This document shows, in pieces, positions 51,199 to 60,818 of a stretch of DNA of 64,000 nt. The translations under genes and the position numbers were made by a program. This DNA is from a virus. Each line of letters starts with the position of its first letter. Position 1 is the first letter of the stretch. Below the pieces are notes generated by a model. That model was not told the origin of the DNA. It searched no databases and saw only the letters and a program-made list of their open reading frames with translations. The stretch covers positions 26,794 to 90,793 of IMG/VR virus record IMGVR_UViG_3300046171_000110. One strand, given 5' to 3'.

Positions 51199-52968
51199 CT
51201 AAGCCCCTCTAGGATTACGGGCATTGACTATGCTTTGGCTCGCCTGCTGAACTCCGCTAGGCTGAGGACCTCTTTGTTGAACGCTTGACATAGGTGCACC
51301 CGCACCCATACTAGTTCTGTTTTGAGGGCTTGCAGGACCTCTGTTTCTCAAACCTGCACCTTCTCCACCGGGTTGCCCCATACCCATCTGTGCCTGTCTG
51401 CCAAGCATAGCCGCCCCCTGTGGGCTAATGTTTCGACTTGGCAAAGCACCCGGTGTACCCATGCCACCGCCCATCTGCATACCTCCCATTGGCATTCCGC
51501 CCGGAGGCATTCCGCCCGGAGGTGGTGGTTGTTGAGCAGGGTCATTCGGGTCTGGTTGCTTGTAAATGAATCGAATGTCACGGTTAGCATCTTCCTTAAG
51601 TTCAGGCTTGTAACCCATCATCATCATTCTTTGTGCAATGTTAACTTCCATTTCGTCACGGCGTAGTCGAGTAACTTCATCCTCTTCTTCATTCGGATAT
51701 AGTGTAAGTTGCCAATCACTAACATCCATTTGTTCTACTAGCATTGGGAATAGATGGTCAGTGTATACCTTGTGACCAAATTCAACCGCCCTGTTAGTTA
51801 CCAATATCTGCATACCTTCGTTATTCAGTCCACCAGATTTACCAGTGTCCATCATGAATACATTAGATACACCGTAGAAAGCAGCAATCCTTTGTCGCAT
51901 CTCATCTCTGGCTGCAATATACTGCATCTCTTCAAGGCTATCCATTAATTTAACCCAATTTATACCGCCACGACCACTACCAGACTCAATACCAATCTTA
52001 GGTATATAGTGCGGGTCACGCTCTAACTTTTCGTCGGTTGCTTTGAAAAACGACTTCATAGATTCGAGGTTGTCAGTAGTAACGCTCAATATACCTCTTG
52101 GTATTCTACGCTTTGAATAAGCAGTGTACATGTAGTTATCCATCGCTGTCAAAGTCATAGCCTGTCGCCAAAGAGTAGATACAGGGCTTCGACCATACAA
52201 TTTACTAGGATTGTATTTACTTACATGTATGACTTCTCCCTTAAGATAGTACTGTGTTTTACCAGAACCTGCTGTATTGACATGATGCACATCTTCTAAT
52301 TCATGCCCGCATACGCTACAACTTTTTTCTTCGCCAGAGTACGACTTCACTTCGTCACGATGGATAGGGCATACTTTGAAGCGACCACCTCTTACTCCAC
52401 GCTTATCAGCAATAATTCGCATAAAGATAGGGTCGCCTCTGACAATCTCTTTGATTCTATAGAAAGCCAACTCATTTGTTTCCGGGTCCATGTAATACTC
52501 TTTGATAAGTATCAAAAACCCATCATCAGTGATATTCAAATCGTACTCTATCTCTCTAAGTACATCCATGAAAGACTGTTCCATAGAGTTCCTTTGGTCT
52601 AGTAACCATCTTGGATAAACAAGTTGCTCTGGGTCTGGTCCGACTAACTCAGTATCACCGCAATCTTTGCACTCTTTAACATCGTGTTGAAACTCAGCGT
52701 TACAAGATGTGCACTTTTTATGGAATTTCTTTTCCCAATAGTAGCCTCTGCGGAATATCTCTTGCTGCAAAGTGGACAAGACTGTTCTTAGTATCAGATT
52801 CTCATTAGCCACTGCATAAAGCGCTGGTATAGTAATACCCTGTGCTAATACAGGCTCTTGAATTCCTGTAGTCCAAAGCGGCATCTGCGGCGCTGGAGTA
52901 CTCCTTCTTCTAAACGGGTTAGCCAATGATTCTAAAAATCTACCAATTCTACCTTTTTCTTCTGCCAT
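51199..52968 (-). CDS. Portal protein with Zn-ribbon insertions and G/M/Q-rich tail
   Basis: D...DDGFL, EVIHV...LYGRSP, PRGIL, IAAFYGVS; CTSC..CKDC and CPIH..CSVC inserts. Confidence 0.9.
   Translation of the reverse strand: MAEEKGRIGRFLESLANPFRRRSTPAPQMPLWTTGIQEPVLAQGITIPALYAVANENLILRTVLSTLQQEIFRRGYYWEKKFHKKCTSCNAEFQHDVKECKDCGDTELVGPDPEQLVYPRWLLDQRNSMEQSFMDVLREIEYDLNITDDGFLILIKEYYMDPETNELAFYRIKEIVRGDPIFMRIIADKRGVRGGRFKVCPIHRDEVKSYSGEEKSCSVCGHELEDVHHVNTAGSGKTQYYLKGEVIHVSKYNPSKLYGRSPVSTLWRQAMTLTAMDNYMYTAYSKRRIPRGILSVTTDNLESMKSFFKATDEKLERDPHYIPKIGIESGSGRGGINWVKLMDSLEEMQYIAARDEMRQRIAAFYGVSNVFMMDTGKSGGLNNEGMQILVTNRAVEFGHKVYTDHLFPMLVEQMDVSDWQLTLYPNEEEDEVTRLRRDEMEVNIAQRMMMMGYKPELKEDANRDIRFIYKQPDPNDPAQQPPPPGGMPPGGMPMGGMQMGGGMGTPGALPSRNISPQGAAMLGRQAQMGMGQPGGEGAGLRNRGPASPQNRTSMGAGAPMSSVQQRGPQPSGVQQASQSIVNARNPRGA
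51491..51522. repeat. 15-bp tandem repeat x2 (GGCATTCCGCCCGGA), encoding PPGGM repeats in the portal tail
   Basis: Read directly from sequence. Confidence 0.85.
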
Positions 52969-54275
52969 CACAATCCCTCCGCCCAACTTATGACCGTATC
53001 TCTGTCTACTCCCCACTCTCGGAGAGACTCCTCACCTTTTGATGTTCCGTCTCTGTTGGAGAACTGAACAAATCGCTTTAATTCAGTTTTTCTTACAGGG
53101 TCTTTTTCACCTATGAAAGCCATGACAGCCTTTGCCTGCCTTTCTTTCATCTGCAAATGTGGAGTAATTTTGTTCAGTAATTTAGTCAAATCATCTTTGG
53201 AGTAGAAACTAACACGGTGCTGGCTCCGTTGACCGTCGTTGTACACTTTTTGGTCAACCTGTAACACACCAGCGCCTATGTTCTTGTACAATTGTTCACA
53301 ATGTAATTTACCTCTGTCACCAGTGGCAATAAAACCAGCCCTTGGCTCACCTCTTTCTGTAATGGTAATGTAGCCGTCAGCATCGAGAAAACCTGCTGCA
53401 TAAGCCCAAGGGTCCTTGATTATGAGACCTTCTTTAGACAAACACATGTATTCGCCTTTTCGATGAGCCTTGACGATGTTTATCTCTTCACCATACATGT
53501 TGAGTAGTTTGGATAGTCTGTTAGAATTAAGTCGAGGTACGCCTTTTTCGATAAGGTTCTCAGTGATTGCTCTGGCTGACATAGAGCCGTGATTTGTGAT
53601 TTCTTCCTTTGCTAATCTCATCCATTTCTGTTGTTCTTTGGAAAGGTTGTCGATTTGATGTAATGCATTCTTCCACATCTTACGAGCATCTTGTTTCATT
53701 TCCATAGCGTTGACCCAAGCAAACTTTTCTTCCTCGCCCCAAACATCTTCAAACTCATCTAACTTAGCCAAAGCATCTTCTGCCGCCGCCCAAGAGTTAC
53801 AGGCTCTTACTAAACTACTCTTACGAGTTTCGCCAAACAACCTTAGTGACTTCAAATCTTTTTCACTCACACCCAACTTTCTGATATCTTCTTCGTATTC
53901 AGAGCCCCAGCCAAGTTGTTTGATGGTCGCATCTACCTCCATGCTCTTGATTTTACGAACATTATCTATGATATCATCTATCTCTTCACGGTGTTCTTTG
54001 AATACTCTTCGGGCTTTTCTGAGTTCTTTGACAATCTCAGATGCGCTTTTACCAAGTCTGTCCTCAAACCAACCTTCACCAGTAATACAAAATGGTGCAT
54101 ATACAGTTTCAGGTACATTTTCTGTAGTAAACACTACGGTCTGTGATGCAATTGACTTAGCAATGCTGTCATCGACATGAGGATGAGTAGTAAGACTTGA
54201 TGCGATGATGTTCAAAGTTTCGTGACCCATGTCAACAGATTTAGTAAAGTTTCCAATTCCCAGACTCGGCCACAT
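52968..54275 (-). CDS. LAGLIDADG endonuclease-domain protein with ~290-aa N-terminal extension
   Basis: WAYAAGFLDADGYI single motif and PHLQMKERQA; lies between TerL and portal. Confidence 0.85.
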   Translation of the reverse strand: MWPSLGIGNFTKSVDMGHETLNIIASSLTTHPHVDDSIAKSIASQTVVFTTENVPETVYAPFCITGEGWFEDRLGKSASEIVKELRKARRVFKEHREEIDDIIDNVRKIKSMEVDATIKQLGWGSEYEEDIRKLGVSEKDLKSLRLFGETRKSSLVRACNSWAAAEDALAKLDEFEDVWGEEEKFAWVNAMEMKQDARKMWKNALHQIDNLSKEQQKWMRLAKEEITNHGSMSARAITENLIEKGVPRLNSNRLSKLLNMYGEEINIVKAHRKGEYMCLSKEGLIIKDPWAYAAGFLDADGYITITERGEPRAGFIATGDRGKLHCEQLYKNIGAGVLQVDQKVYNDGQRSQHRVSFYSKDDLTKLLNKITPHLQMKERQAKAVMAFIGEKDPVRKTELKRFVQFSNRDGTSKGEESLREWGVDRDTVISWAEGL

Positions 54276-54296
54276 AATTATCTCCACTTTTTGGTA

Positions 54297-54304
54297 TAAT
54301 ATAA
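54297..54304 (-). promoter_or_regulatory. Putative TATA box
   Basis: TTATATTA 22-29 nt upstream of ATG 54275 in an AT-rich gap. Confidence 0.45.
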
Positions 54305-54311
54305 TTCTTTA

Positions 54312-55793
54312 TCAGATTGTGAACCAACTAGCCCTCGCTCCTCTGTTGGGCGACACATCACCGAACCACTCATCGAAGCCTTCAAGATAATCATCGAGTG
54401 CAATGATAGAGCCTCTGAACTCTTTGGTAGCCCAGTTAGCCAAAGCCAGACTCATAGCCAAGTCATCGTGACTACCTACAGATTCTAGTCTACCATTCTT
54501 CTGCATACCAAATCTACTGAGTTGTGTTTCGAGAATGCGAGTGAACTCCTTGCTCTTTTCATCACCCCAAGGTGTTTTGATTTGACCTTGTTCAAAAGCC
54601 ATCAGTAAAGACATGAACATACTTTCTTTCTTTTGTCTGGTAGTCATAAATGTCTTGATTGGTATATCACCTCGCATATCCTGCAATTCAGCCGCAAACA
54701 TACGCTGAAAGTTATTACCTTCAAGTTCAATTAGGTCAGGTTGAAATCTATTGTTGAGTAATATGACTTGTCTCTTTTGTGCAGCACCACTCAATCCTTT
54801 CTGATTAAGTACATGCACTAATTGCTTTTCTTCACTACCCGGCAACACCCTAAGTACACTCATAGCAGTGTAGTCAGCATTAGAGTCAGATGCAATCGCT
54901 GGGTCCCAGCCTACAAAGTGCTGACCAAATACTCCAGCAGATTGTCCATTCTCATCGAACTCTTCTTCTGCTTTATCAAGCAATACCAAGTTTTTGTCTC
55001 TGGCTTTCTCTAGCAAAGTCATCGGGAACATACTTGACATATCGTGGATAGGTTCACACAAATACTCACGAGCGAACTTAATCGCTGGCATAGAATCTTC
55101 TCGTACTTTCAAAGCATCAAGTGGCCATCGAGTAGGCCAAAGCGGTTCGCCATTAGGTAAGATAGCCGGATAGGTTTCGACTCTGAATGCTTTTTTATCT
55201 TCTAACTCAGCGTACAAATCGTTGTAACTAAACGGTGTACCGACCATCATCAATCTACCTGTGTGGTGCAGAACCGGAAGTAAAACGGTATAGAACCAGT
55301 CGGCTGCTCTTTGTAACTCAGAACTGGTAGTACCCCAAAGAATATCGTCACATACTACTACATCAGGGTGGAAACCACGAGTAGCACCACCAACCGACTT
55401 AGCCATCATACGACTACCGTTGGTGAACTCGAAGTAAGATTTAGCCCAAGGCTTACCTGTAGGTTTCAATCCTTTTAAAATGTCAGCGCTTTCTATGTTA
55501 TTTCGGATAAACCGCATGTGTTCAAGTGTCTGCTCAAGACTGTGACTGAATATCATAATATGAGTATTAGGTTTGAAAGCGGCCAACCAAAGCGCATAAG
55601 ACATAAAGAATACAGATTTACCGTGGTCACGGCTCGCTTTGACGCAGTATCTTCGGCTTTCATTGAGACCTTTCAACCAGTCTTCGTGATGGTCAGAGAA
55701 CTCGAATTCAAGGATTTCAGTAAAGAAGTACTCGAATGACTTGCGGGACATTTCCACATCCATGTCCCTGACCAGTTCATCGATACCTTCCAC
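54312..55793 (-). CDS. terL: Terminase large subunit
   Basis: ASRDHGKS Walker A, VVCDD Walker B, GTP coupling motif, GWDPA and HDDLAM nuclease motifs. Confidence 0.95.
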   Translation of the reverse strand: MEGIDELVRDMDVEMSRKSFEYFFTEILEFEFSDHHEDWLKGLNESRRYCVKASRDHGKSVFFMSYALWLAAFKPNTHIMIFSHSLEQTLEHMRFIRNNIESADILKGLKPTGKPWAKSYFEFTNGSRMMAKSVGGATRGFHPDVVVCDDILWGTTSSELQRAADWFYTVLLPVLHHTGRLMMVGTPFSYNDLYAELEDKKAFRVETYPAILPNGEPLWPTRWPLDALKVREDSMPAIKFAREYLCEPIHDMSSMFPMTLLEKARDKNLVLLDKAEEEFDENGQSAGVFGQHFVGWDPAIASDSNADYTAMSVLRVLPGSEEKQLVHVLNQKGLSGAAQKRQVILLNNRFQPDLIELEGNNFQRMFAAELQDMRGDIPIKTFMTTRQKKESMFMSLLMAFEQGQIKTPWGDEKSKEFTRILETQLSRFGMQKNGRLESVGSHDDLAMSLALANWATKEFRGSIIALDDYLEGFDEWFGDVSPNRGARASWFTI

Positions 55794-55799
55794 ATTCCA

Positions 55800-56798
55800 T
55801 CACTCCACTTTTACCCTTCCGCCAATAGACCTTTCAATACCTCTTCGTTGTTCCGGTGTCACATTTTTAGGGTCTAATTTAGAAGCGTCACCTTGAGGAG
55901 TCGGAGTTTCCTCTTCAACATCTATTTCGTCGTTTATCGCTTCTGCTCCATAATTAGCAGTGTTTTCCAAAGCCCCATCTCTTTGGGTTTCTGCACCTAC
56001 TCCGTCTGCGGCTACAAGGACTGAATTGAAATTGCTAGCCGCCTGTATTGGATTGGCCGCTGCTGCATTAGTCGCTTCTTGAACAGAATCACTTTGCGGC
56101 ACATTTACTCTATTGAATGTCTCAGCCCCTGCCTCAAAATTAGGTACCATTTCCTCTACTTTTCTACCCATTTCTTCGTAACGACGGGCTTCTTCGCCCA
56201 TGTTTCTACCTGCGTCTCTATACATACCCTGTCTAACAGCGACTCCCATTCTTTTGTTTTCTTTATCCTGTTCCGCACGAGTGGCGGCAACGGCTTCATT
56301 TCTTTGAGTGGCTCTTTTCAACCTTTCATCTTCTTCTTGACTGACTGCAAAATTCCTTCGTCTAACAGCAGCAACTGGATTAAACTTAGAACCCATACCT
56401 TCTCCTCTTGAGCGAGTCGCTTCCATCATTTTGGCATCTCTTTCTGCGACTGCTTGTTTTTCGGCTTCTCTAAGGTCAGCCCTCGCCTGTCCTCTTCTAC
56501 CAACGAATTTACGACCAAGAGCACTACCTAACTGAGAACCTGTGGCTCCTCCAGAAACCATAGCATTAGCCATTCCTCCAAGACTTCTGTGCGAACCAGT
56601 AAGTGCACCGGCTACTCCTACAACGCCACCAAGAAAACCTCCTGCTCGCTCTCTCAAAGTCTTACCACGAGGACCGCCACCGCCGCCACCGCCGCCTAAC
56701 ATCATTACAGGTCCACCTCCACTAACAGGATATACTGCTCTGACAGCCTTCTTAACTAAGACTTGGTTGTTTGATTTCTTGACTAACACCTTACCCAA
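55800..56798 (-). CDS. Hypothetical protein with glycine-zipper hydrophobic segment and coiled coil
   Basis: GGFLGGVVGVAGAL..GGATGSQLGSALG; duplicated VLVKK(S/A) at the N-terminus. Confidence 0.7.
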   Translation of the reverse strand: MGKVLVKKSNNQVLVKKAVRAVYPVSGGGPVMMLGGGGGGGGPRGKTLRERAGGFLGGVVGVAGALTGSHRSLGGMANAMVSGGATGSQLGSALGRKFVGRRGQARADLREAEKQAVAERDAKMMEATRSRGEGMGSKFNPVAAVRRRNFAVSQEEDERLKRATQRNEAVAATRAEQDKENKRMGVAVRQGMYRDAGRNMGEEARRYEEMGRKVEEMVPNFEAGAETFNRVNVPQSDSVQEATNAAAANPIQAASNFNSVLVAADGVGAETQRDGALENTANYGAEAINDEIDVEEETPTPQGDASKLDPKNVTPEQRRGIERSIGGRVKVE

Positions 56799-58991
56799 TC
56801 AAACACCCCCAAAAGCAATCTTAACAGCCTTTACTACATCAGGTTTTACATTCCACTGGTCAGCAACTTTGTGCCAGTCGCCTGTACTTTGATACAGGCC
56901 ATGAACATCTACACTGGTAATACCTAGACTCTTAGCAACTCTTTGGACATCCCAGAATGAATTGATTGATACCTTGTCAGAAGGAAGTAGTTTTCTTACA
57001 GAATCGTCTTGCATAGCATCGAGAGCCTGTACTTGTTCCATCTTTCTCAAAATATCATCGAGCCCTGTGAGAACATCATTAGAAGTAAGCACTGGTGCAT
57101 AAGGGTCTACCAATGGTGGTGCCCCTTCGACATTTCCAACTAGGCTGAGCATAGTTTGTCTAGTTCCTAACTGTTGCATTCGTGCTGGGTCGAATTCACC
57201 ATATCGACCTTGACCTCTTGCAGCGACATCTGCTTCTACCTGTATAGGTCTTCTAATAGCAGGGGAAACAGGAGGTCTTGCTACAGCCACTCTTGAAGGT
57301 GCCTCCGGTTGCCTAGCAACAGAAGCCAAAGGAGGCGCTGTTGGCTGAGGCTGAACAGGAGGTGTCAAAGCAGGCCCTTCTTCTCTTGATTGATTAGTAG
57401 GGGCCATTTCTGTAGGCATCAGTACTCTGCGCTCAAAGTGTTCTGGAATACCAGCCTCGTGAGGCATATCTTCACCAAAGTGAGCAGGTAAACCTGTAGT
57501 AGCAGTTCGTGTAAGGTCTGTCTGTATATCTTGTAATTCAAACGGGTCATGTCCTGTGTAATCTAACATCTGTTGTAACACAGATTCAAGTTTTTCTCTG
57601 AGTCCTTCTTTTGGTTTCGATTTATCAGAAGTGGTAACTTTTGCATTTCTGAATTGTTTAACTGCCTCTAGCATAGCCTGCTCTTTATCCATACCTTGAT
57701 TCATAAGTTGATGAGCAATATGCGACAAATGTCCAACAATTACTTTACCAGCATGATTAGACCTTTTGTGAAACTTATTTTCAATTTCAAATTGACCGAT
57801 TCCTTGCTGGTTTATGTGGTGGTTTAACTCATCATCATTGTAGTCTGTATGAGACCCTGCTATGTTAGCAGTATTATGAATTATATTTTTGAAATAACCA
57901 CCAGCCTGCTTTGAATCTAACTTAGTAACTTCTTGAAACAAGCCAGACATGATAGCACTATTACGCATATCATACAAATCCTCATCAGAATAAGGACTTA
58001 CATCTACGCCTTTGCTTTCAAGCGCTTGTTTAAACTCAGCAATCTTAGCAGCCTTGGCTTCTGGGCCTGATTTTTTACCCCTACCCCCTCTTGGTCCACT
58101 AGTTTCGTAAGCGGCATCTGGAAGAATATTATAAAGTGAGTGTAAGAAAACTTCTGGATGGCTTTGTTGACTAGCCAACGCTTCTCTTGTAGCCTCATCT
58201 CTAAGTCCAATTGGTATATTACCTGTTCTCAAAGCGTGTGTCAATTCATTTTTATCCCAAGCACCTACATTTTTAGAGAGTATACGAGGCTTTAGTCTGT
58301 TATACTTTACATAATTTAAACTATTAATATTTTCAGGAGTATCTAGCCCTATTCCGTTTAGCACTTCTCCTAGTTCCCTGTTCATGTGAAACATACCCCC
58401 GTCTAACCATTTACCCTTCATTGAAAGCGGATGGTCGATGTTAGCCCTATTGAAAGAATAAGTCATCAAAGGAGTCGGGCCGCCCTCGAACAAAGGGTCA
58501 GCCCCTCTAACACTTCTCATGTGAGCAGGGTCAGTATGGTCATACAAGTCACCAGCGAATACTTTTCTCCACAATGGGCTGTCTACATCAGGTAATTTGT
58601 GCTGACTGTCATCTGGATGAGCGTTGTTGTATCTGACAATGGCCGCTTGAACTATACGCTTTGCACCATCCATGTCTACTCCTTTGTCACCATATCTCGA
58701 TACCAAGTCATTCAACACATAATCAATCGGATGCTGACCACCATCTAACTTCTCACCAGTTTCAGGGTGATGGTCCCAAGGAGTATGGTCAGGTGACAAG
58801 TCTTTGGTTAGGCTTTCTTCTGGTGGGTAGCCGGGATGCGGTAGACCACCGGGTGGCGCACCGGGCCCAGTGTAATGCAAGTAAGCAGCCTTGTTGATAA
58901 TCGGATTAAGCACTGATGAAAAATCAGCCCAAGTAAAAACCTGTATTTGTTTTATCAGATAAGATTTAGCGGGCTGGTGAACTCTAAACAT
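56799..58991 (-). CDS. Hypothetical protein (730 aa), possible internal head protein
   Basis: Long ORF coupled on both sides; Pro-rich linker; short helical repeats at the C-terminus. Confidence 0.7.
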   Translation of the reverse strand: MFRVHQPAKSYLIKQIQVFTWADFSSVLNPIINKAAYLHYTGPGAPPGGLPHPGYPPEESLTKDLSPDHTPWDHHPETGEKLDGGQHPIDYVLNDLVSRYGDKGVDMDGAKRIVQAAIVRYNNAHPDDSQHKLPDVDSPLWRKVFAGDLYDHTDPAHMRSVRGADPLFEGGPTPLMTYSFNRANIDHPLSMKGKWLDGGMFHMNRELGEVLNGIGLDTPENINSLNYVKYNRLKPRILSKNVGAWDKNELTHALRTGNIPIGLRDEATREALASQQSHPEVFLHSLYNILPDAAYETSGPRGGRGKKSGPEAKAAKIAEFKQALESKGVDVSPYSDEDLYDMRNSAIMSGLFQEVTKLDSKQAGGYFKNIIHNTANIAGSHTDYNDDELNHHINQQGIGQFEIENKFHKRSNHAGKVIVGHLSHIAHQLMNQGMDKEQAMLEAVKQFRNAKVTTSDKSKPKEGLREKLESVLQQMLDYTGHDPFELQDIQTDLTRTATTGLPAHFGEDMPHEAGIPEHFERRVLMPTEMAPTNQSREEGPALTPPVQPQPTAPPLASVARQPEAPSRVAVARPPVSPAIRRPIQVEADVAARGQGRYGEFDPARMQQLGTRQTMLSLVGNVEGAPPLVDPYAPVLTSNDVLTGLDDILRKMEQVQALDAMQDDSVRKLLPSDKVSINSFWDVQRVAKSLGITSVDVHGLYQSTGDWHKVADQWNVKPDVVKAVKIAFGGV

Positions 58992-60808
58992 CAGCCCACT
59001 CTCCCACTACCTCTGGCTGCAAACATAGTGGAAGGCGCTCCCCAGTTCTTAGGGTCGTTCTCCATATCTTCGGTAGCCCCTTCTGGTCGAGTTGTGCTAT
59101 CTTGTCCTTCTCTATGTCCTACTTCTCTGTTCTTACCGTGACCGCCTTGACTGGCAGCCTTGAGTCTACGCTCTTGTCTTTCAGCAGCATCTTTGAGTTG
59201 ACGAAGCAACCTTCTAATCTGAGCGAACTGCATGTAATCTTTTTTCTTCTTAATTTCTTCAAGTTCTGATTTGATGAGTTGTAGTTCTGATTTAGCCAAA
59301 GCCTGCCCTTTAAGTCGAGGCGCTCTAGGTTCTCTGATTGGTAGTCCTGCACTTGCAGCCATACTTGGTGACTTTGGATTGTAAGCGCTCTCTGCACCCA
59401 TAGCGTGTCCAGCAGGCATGACAGGAACATTACCCATCAACTTACGGCGCTGCATTGTACCCATCTGTTGGTCGTAACCTCTTGGGAAAAGCCTGAGTGG
59501 TTGCTTGGTTTCAATACCTAAGTGACTTCTGTGTACTGCCAAAGGTGATTTATCAAGCCCACGCTTTTTTGCAGGTTTCAAAAATCGAGAATGTAATTTA
59601 CTTCGACGACTAGTGGCAGTGCTTATATCCGCACCACCGGGTTGAATTTCATACTGAGGTTGCTTCCAAGATTGGTCTTTAGAACCACCCATATCATCCA
59701 ACCTGCTCTTCATCAAAGTAGACCAAGCATCTTCTATTGGCGAGGCTTTTCCAAACGAACTATATTGGGGTAAACTTGGAAGTCCCATCATTTGAAGCAT
59801 AGCAATTCTGTTTCTTTCAGCATTAGCAACATCTAATTGTTCGGGCGATAATGTGTCTTCTCCAAAACCAAACATCGCTCCCGGTTCAGCCGCCCTTTGC
59901 GCTAAATGTTCTCGGACACTTTGATTCAGGCCGCCCGGCTCTCTAGTGGGGTCAAGAACTTCGTTGGTCAATTCTTCCATTGTAACGCCCGGTGTTTCTA
60001 TACCTGCCATAATTTGAGCCATCAACGCTTTTTTATTAGGATGGTCATCAGGCATATTTTCTTTGATGTTTCCAAATAGTCCAAGAAGCGGTGCAAGTGA
60101 AGGGTCTTCTGCATGAGCAAGTGCTTCGTGAGCGTCAATAGTCGCTATCCTTCGTGCGAGTTCATCAACATCTTCTGTTTTAAAATAAGCATCTTTGGGT
60201 GCCGCACGACCCGGATTGCGGGATGCTAGATTAATAGTAGGGTCGGCCTGTGGTTCAAATGCTCCAAAAGTTAATCCTATCGCTTTGTCGTAATCAGGTT
60301 GTTCGGGGTAGCCCAAAGTTAGTCTTGATTGCTGTCCTGTAAAATCTGGTGAGCGAGTTCGTTGGAGGTCAAATGGATTGTATTCTTCTTGCTTCATTAA
60401 ACTAGACCAAGCATGTGCCATCGGCTCACCTGTAGCAAGCATACCACCCGGTGCTGGCATAGTACCAGTCGCTGCACCAAGGCTAAGATTACCCATGTCG
60501 GGCATCCCTGTCATAGCACCAAACTGTTGACCTTCATTGAATTGGTCGTCCATCATCGGTTCTTCTTCTTCCTCTTCCGGCATCATCGGAGGCATTTCTG
60601 GTTCAGGCTTTGGGATTGATATCTTGAGATGAGGTAAGTCATCGGTCTTTTCTTCTGCTTCTTTTTGAGATTGTTTCTGGTCTCGAAGTTTATCCATTTC
60701 CTTCGGGTCACCAACACCATACTTGTAATCATCATCATCTTTGGTGTAACCAAGATTAGATTCGCTTCGAGGACTGTACATCCTAGTGTCTGAACCTGTC
60801 ATTGGCAT
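58991..60808 (-). CDS. Hypothetical low-complexity protein with duplicated AWSxLMK motif
   Basis: ATG 60808 after GAGGTGA; AHAWSSLMKQ and EDAWSTLMKS lie 228 aa apart. Confidence 0.7.
   Translation of the reverse strand: MPMTGSDTRMYSPRSESNLGYTKDDDDYKYGVGDPKEMDKLRDQKQSQKEAEEKTDDLPHLKISIPKPEPEMPPMMPEEEEEEPMMDDQFNEGQQFGAMTGMPDMGNLSLGAATGTMPAPGGMLATGEPMAHAWSSLMKQEEYNPFDLQRTRSPDFTGQQSRLTLGYPEQPDYDKAIGLTFGAFEPQADPTINLASRNPGRAAPKDAYFKTEDVDELARRIATIDAHEALAHAEDPSLAPLLGLFGNIKENMPDDHPNKKALMAQIMAGIETPGVTMEELTNEVLDPTREPGGLNQSVREHLAQRAAEPGAMFGFGEDTLSPEQLDVANAERNRIAMLQMMGLPSLPQYSSFGKASPIEDAWSTLMKSRLDDMGGSKDQSWKQPQYEIQPGGADISTATSRRSKLHSRFLKPAKKRGLDKSPLAVHRSHLGIETKQPLRLFPRGYDQQMGTMQRRKLMGNVPVMPAGHAMGAESAYNPKSPSMAASAGLPIREPRAPRLKGQALAKSELQLIKSELEEIKKKKDYMQFAQIRRLLRQLKDAAERQERRLKAASQGGHGKNREVGHREGQDSTTRPEGATEDMENDPKNWGAPSTMFAARGSGRVG
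59708..60414. repeat. Imperfect 23-bp direct repeat pair (59708-59730 and 60392-60414) flanking a 684-bp in-frame unit
   Basis: CTTCATCAAAGTAGACCAAGCAT vs CTTCATTAAACTAGACCAAGCAT, 21/23 identical. Confidence 0.8.
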
Positions 60809-60818
60809 ACTTCTCACC

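Noticed and set aside
52968-54287. Intein or group I intron in terminase or portal
   Set aside because: TerL and portal are complete on either side; no intein terminal residues or splice context.
56674-56696. CCG-type microsatellite as a phase-variation tract
   Set aside because: Triplet repeat encoding a poly-Gly linker; slippage would keep the frame.
9526-60619. Numerous + strand ORFs antisense to structural genes, and - strand ORFs within the replication block
   Set aside because: Shadow ORFs of long genes, with no RBS and no recognisable motifs.
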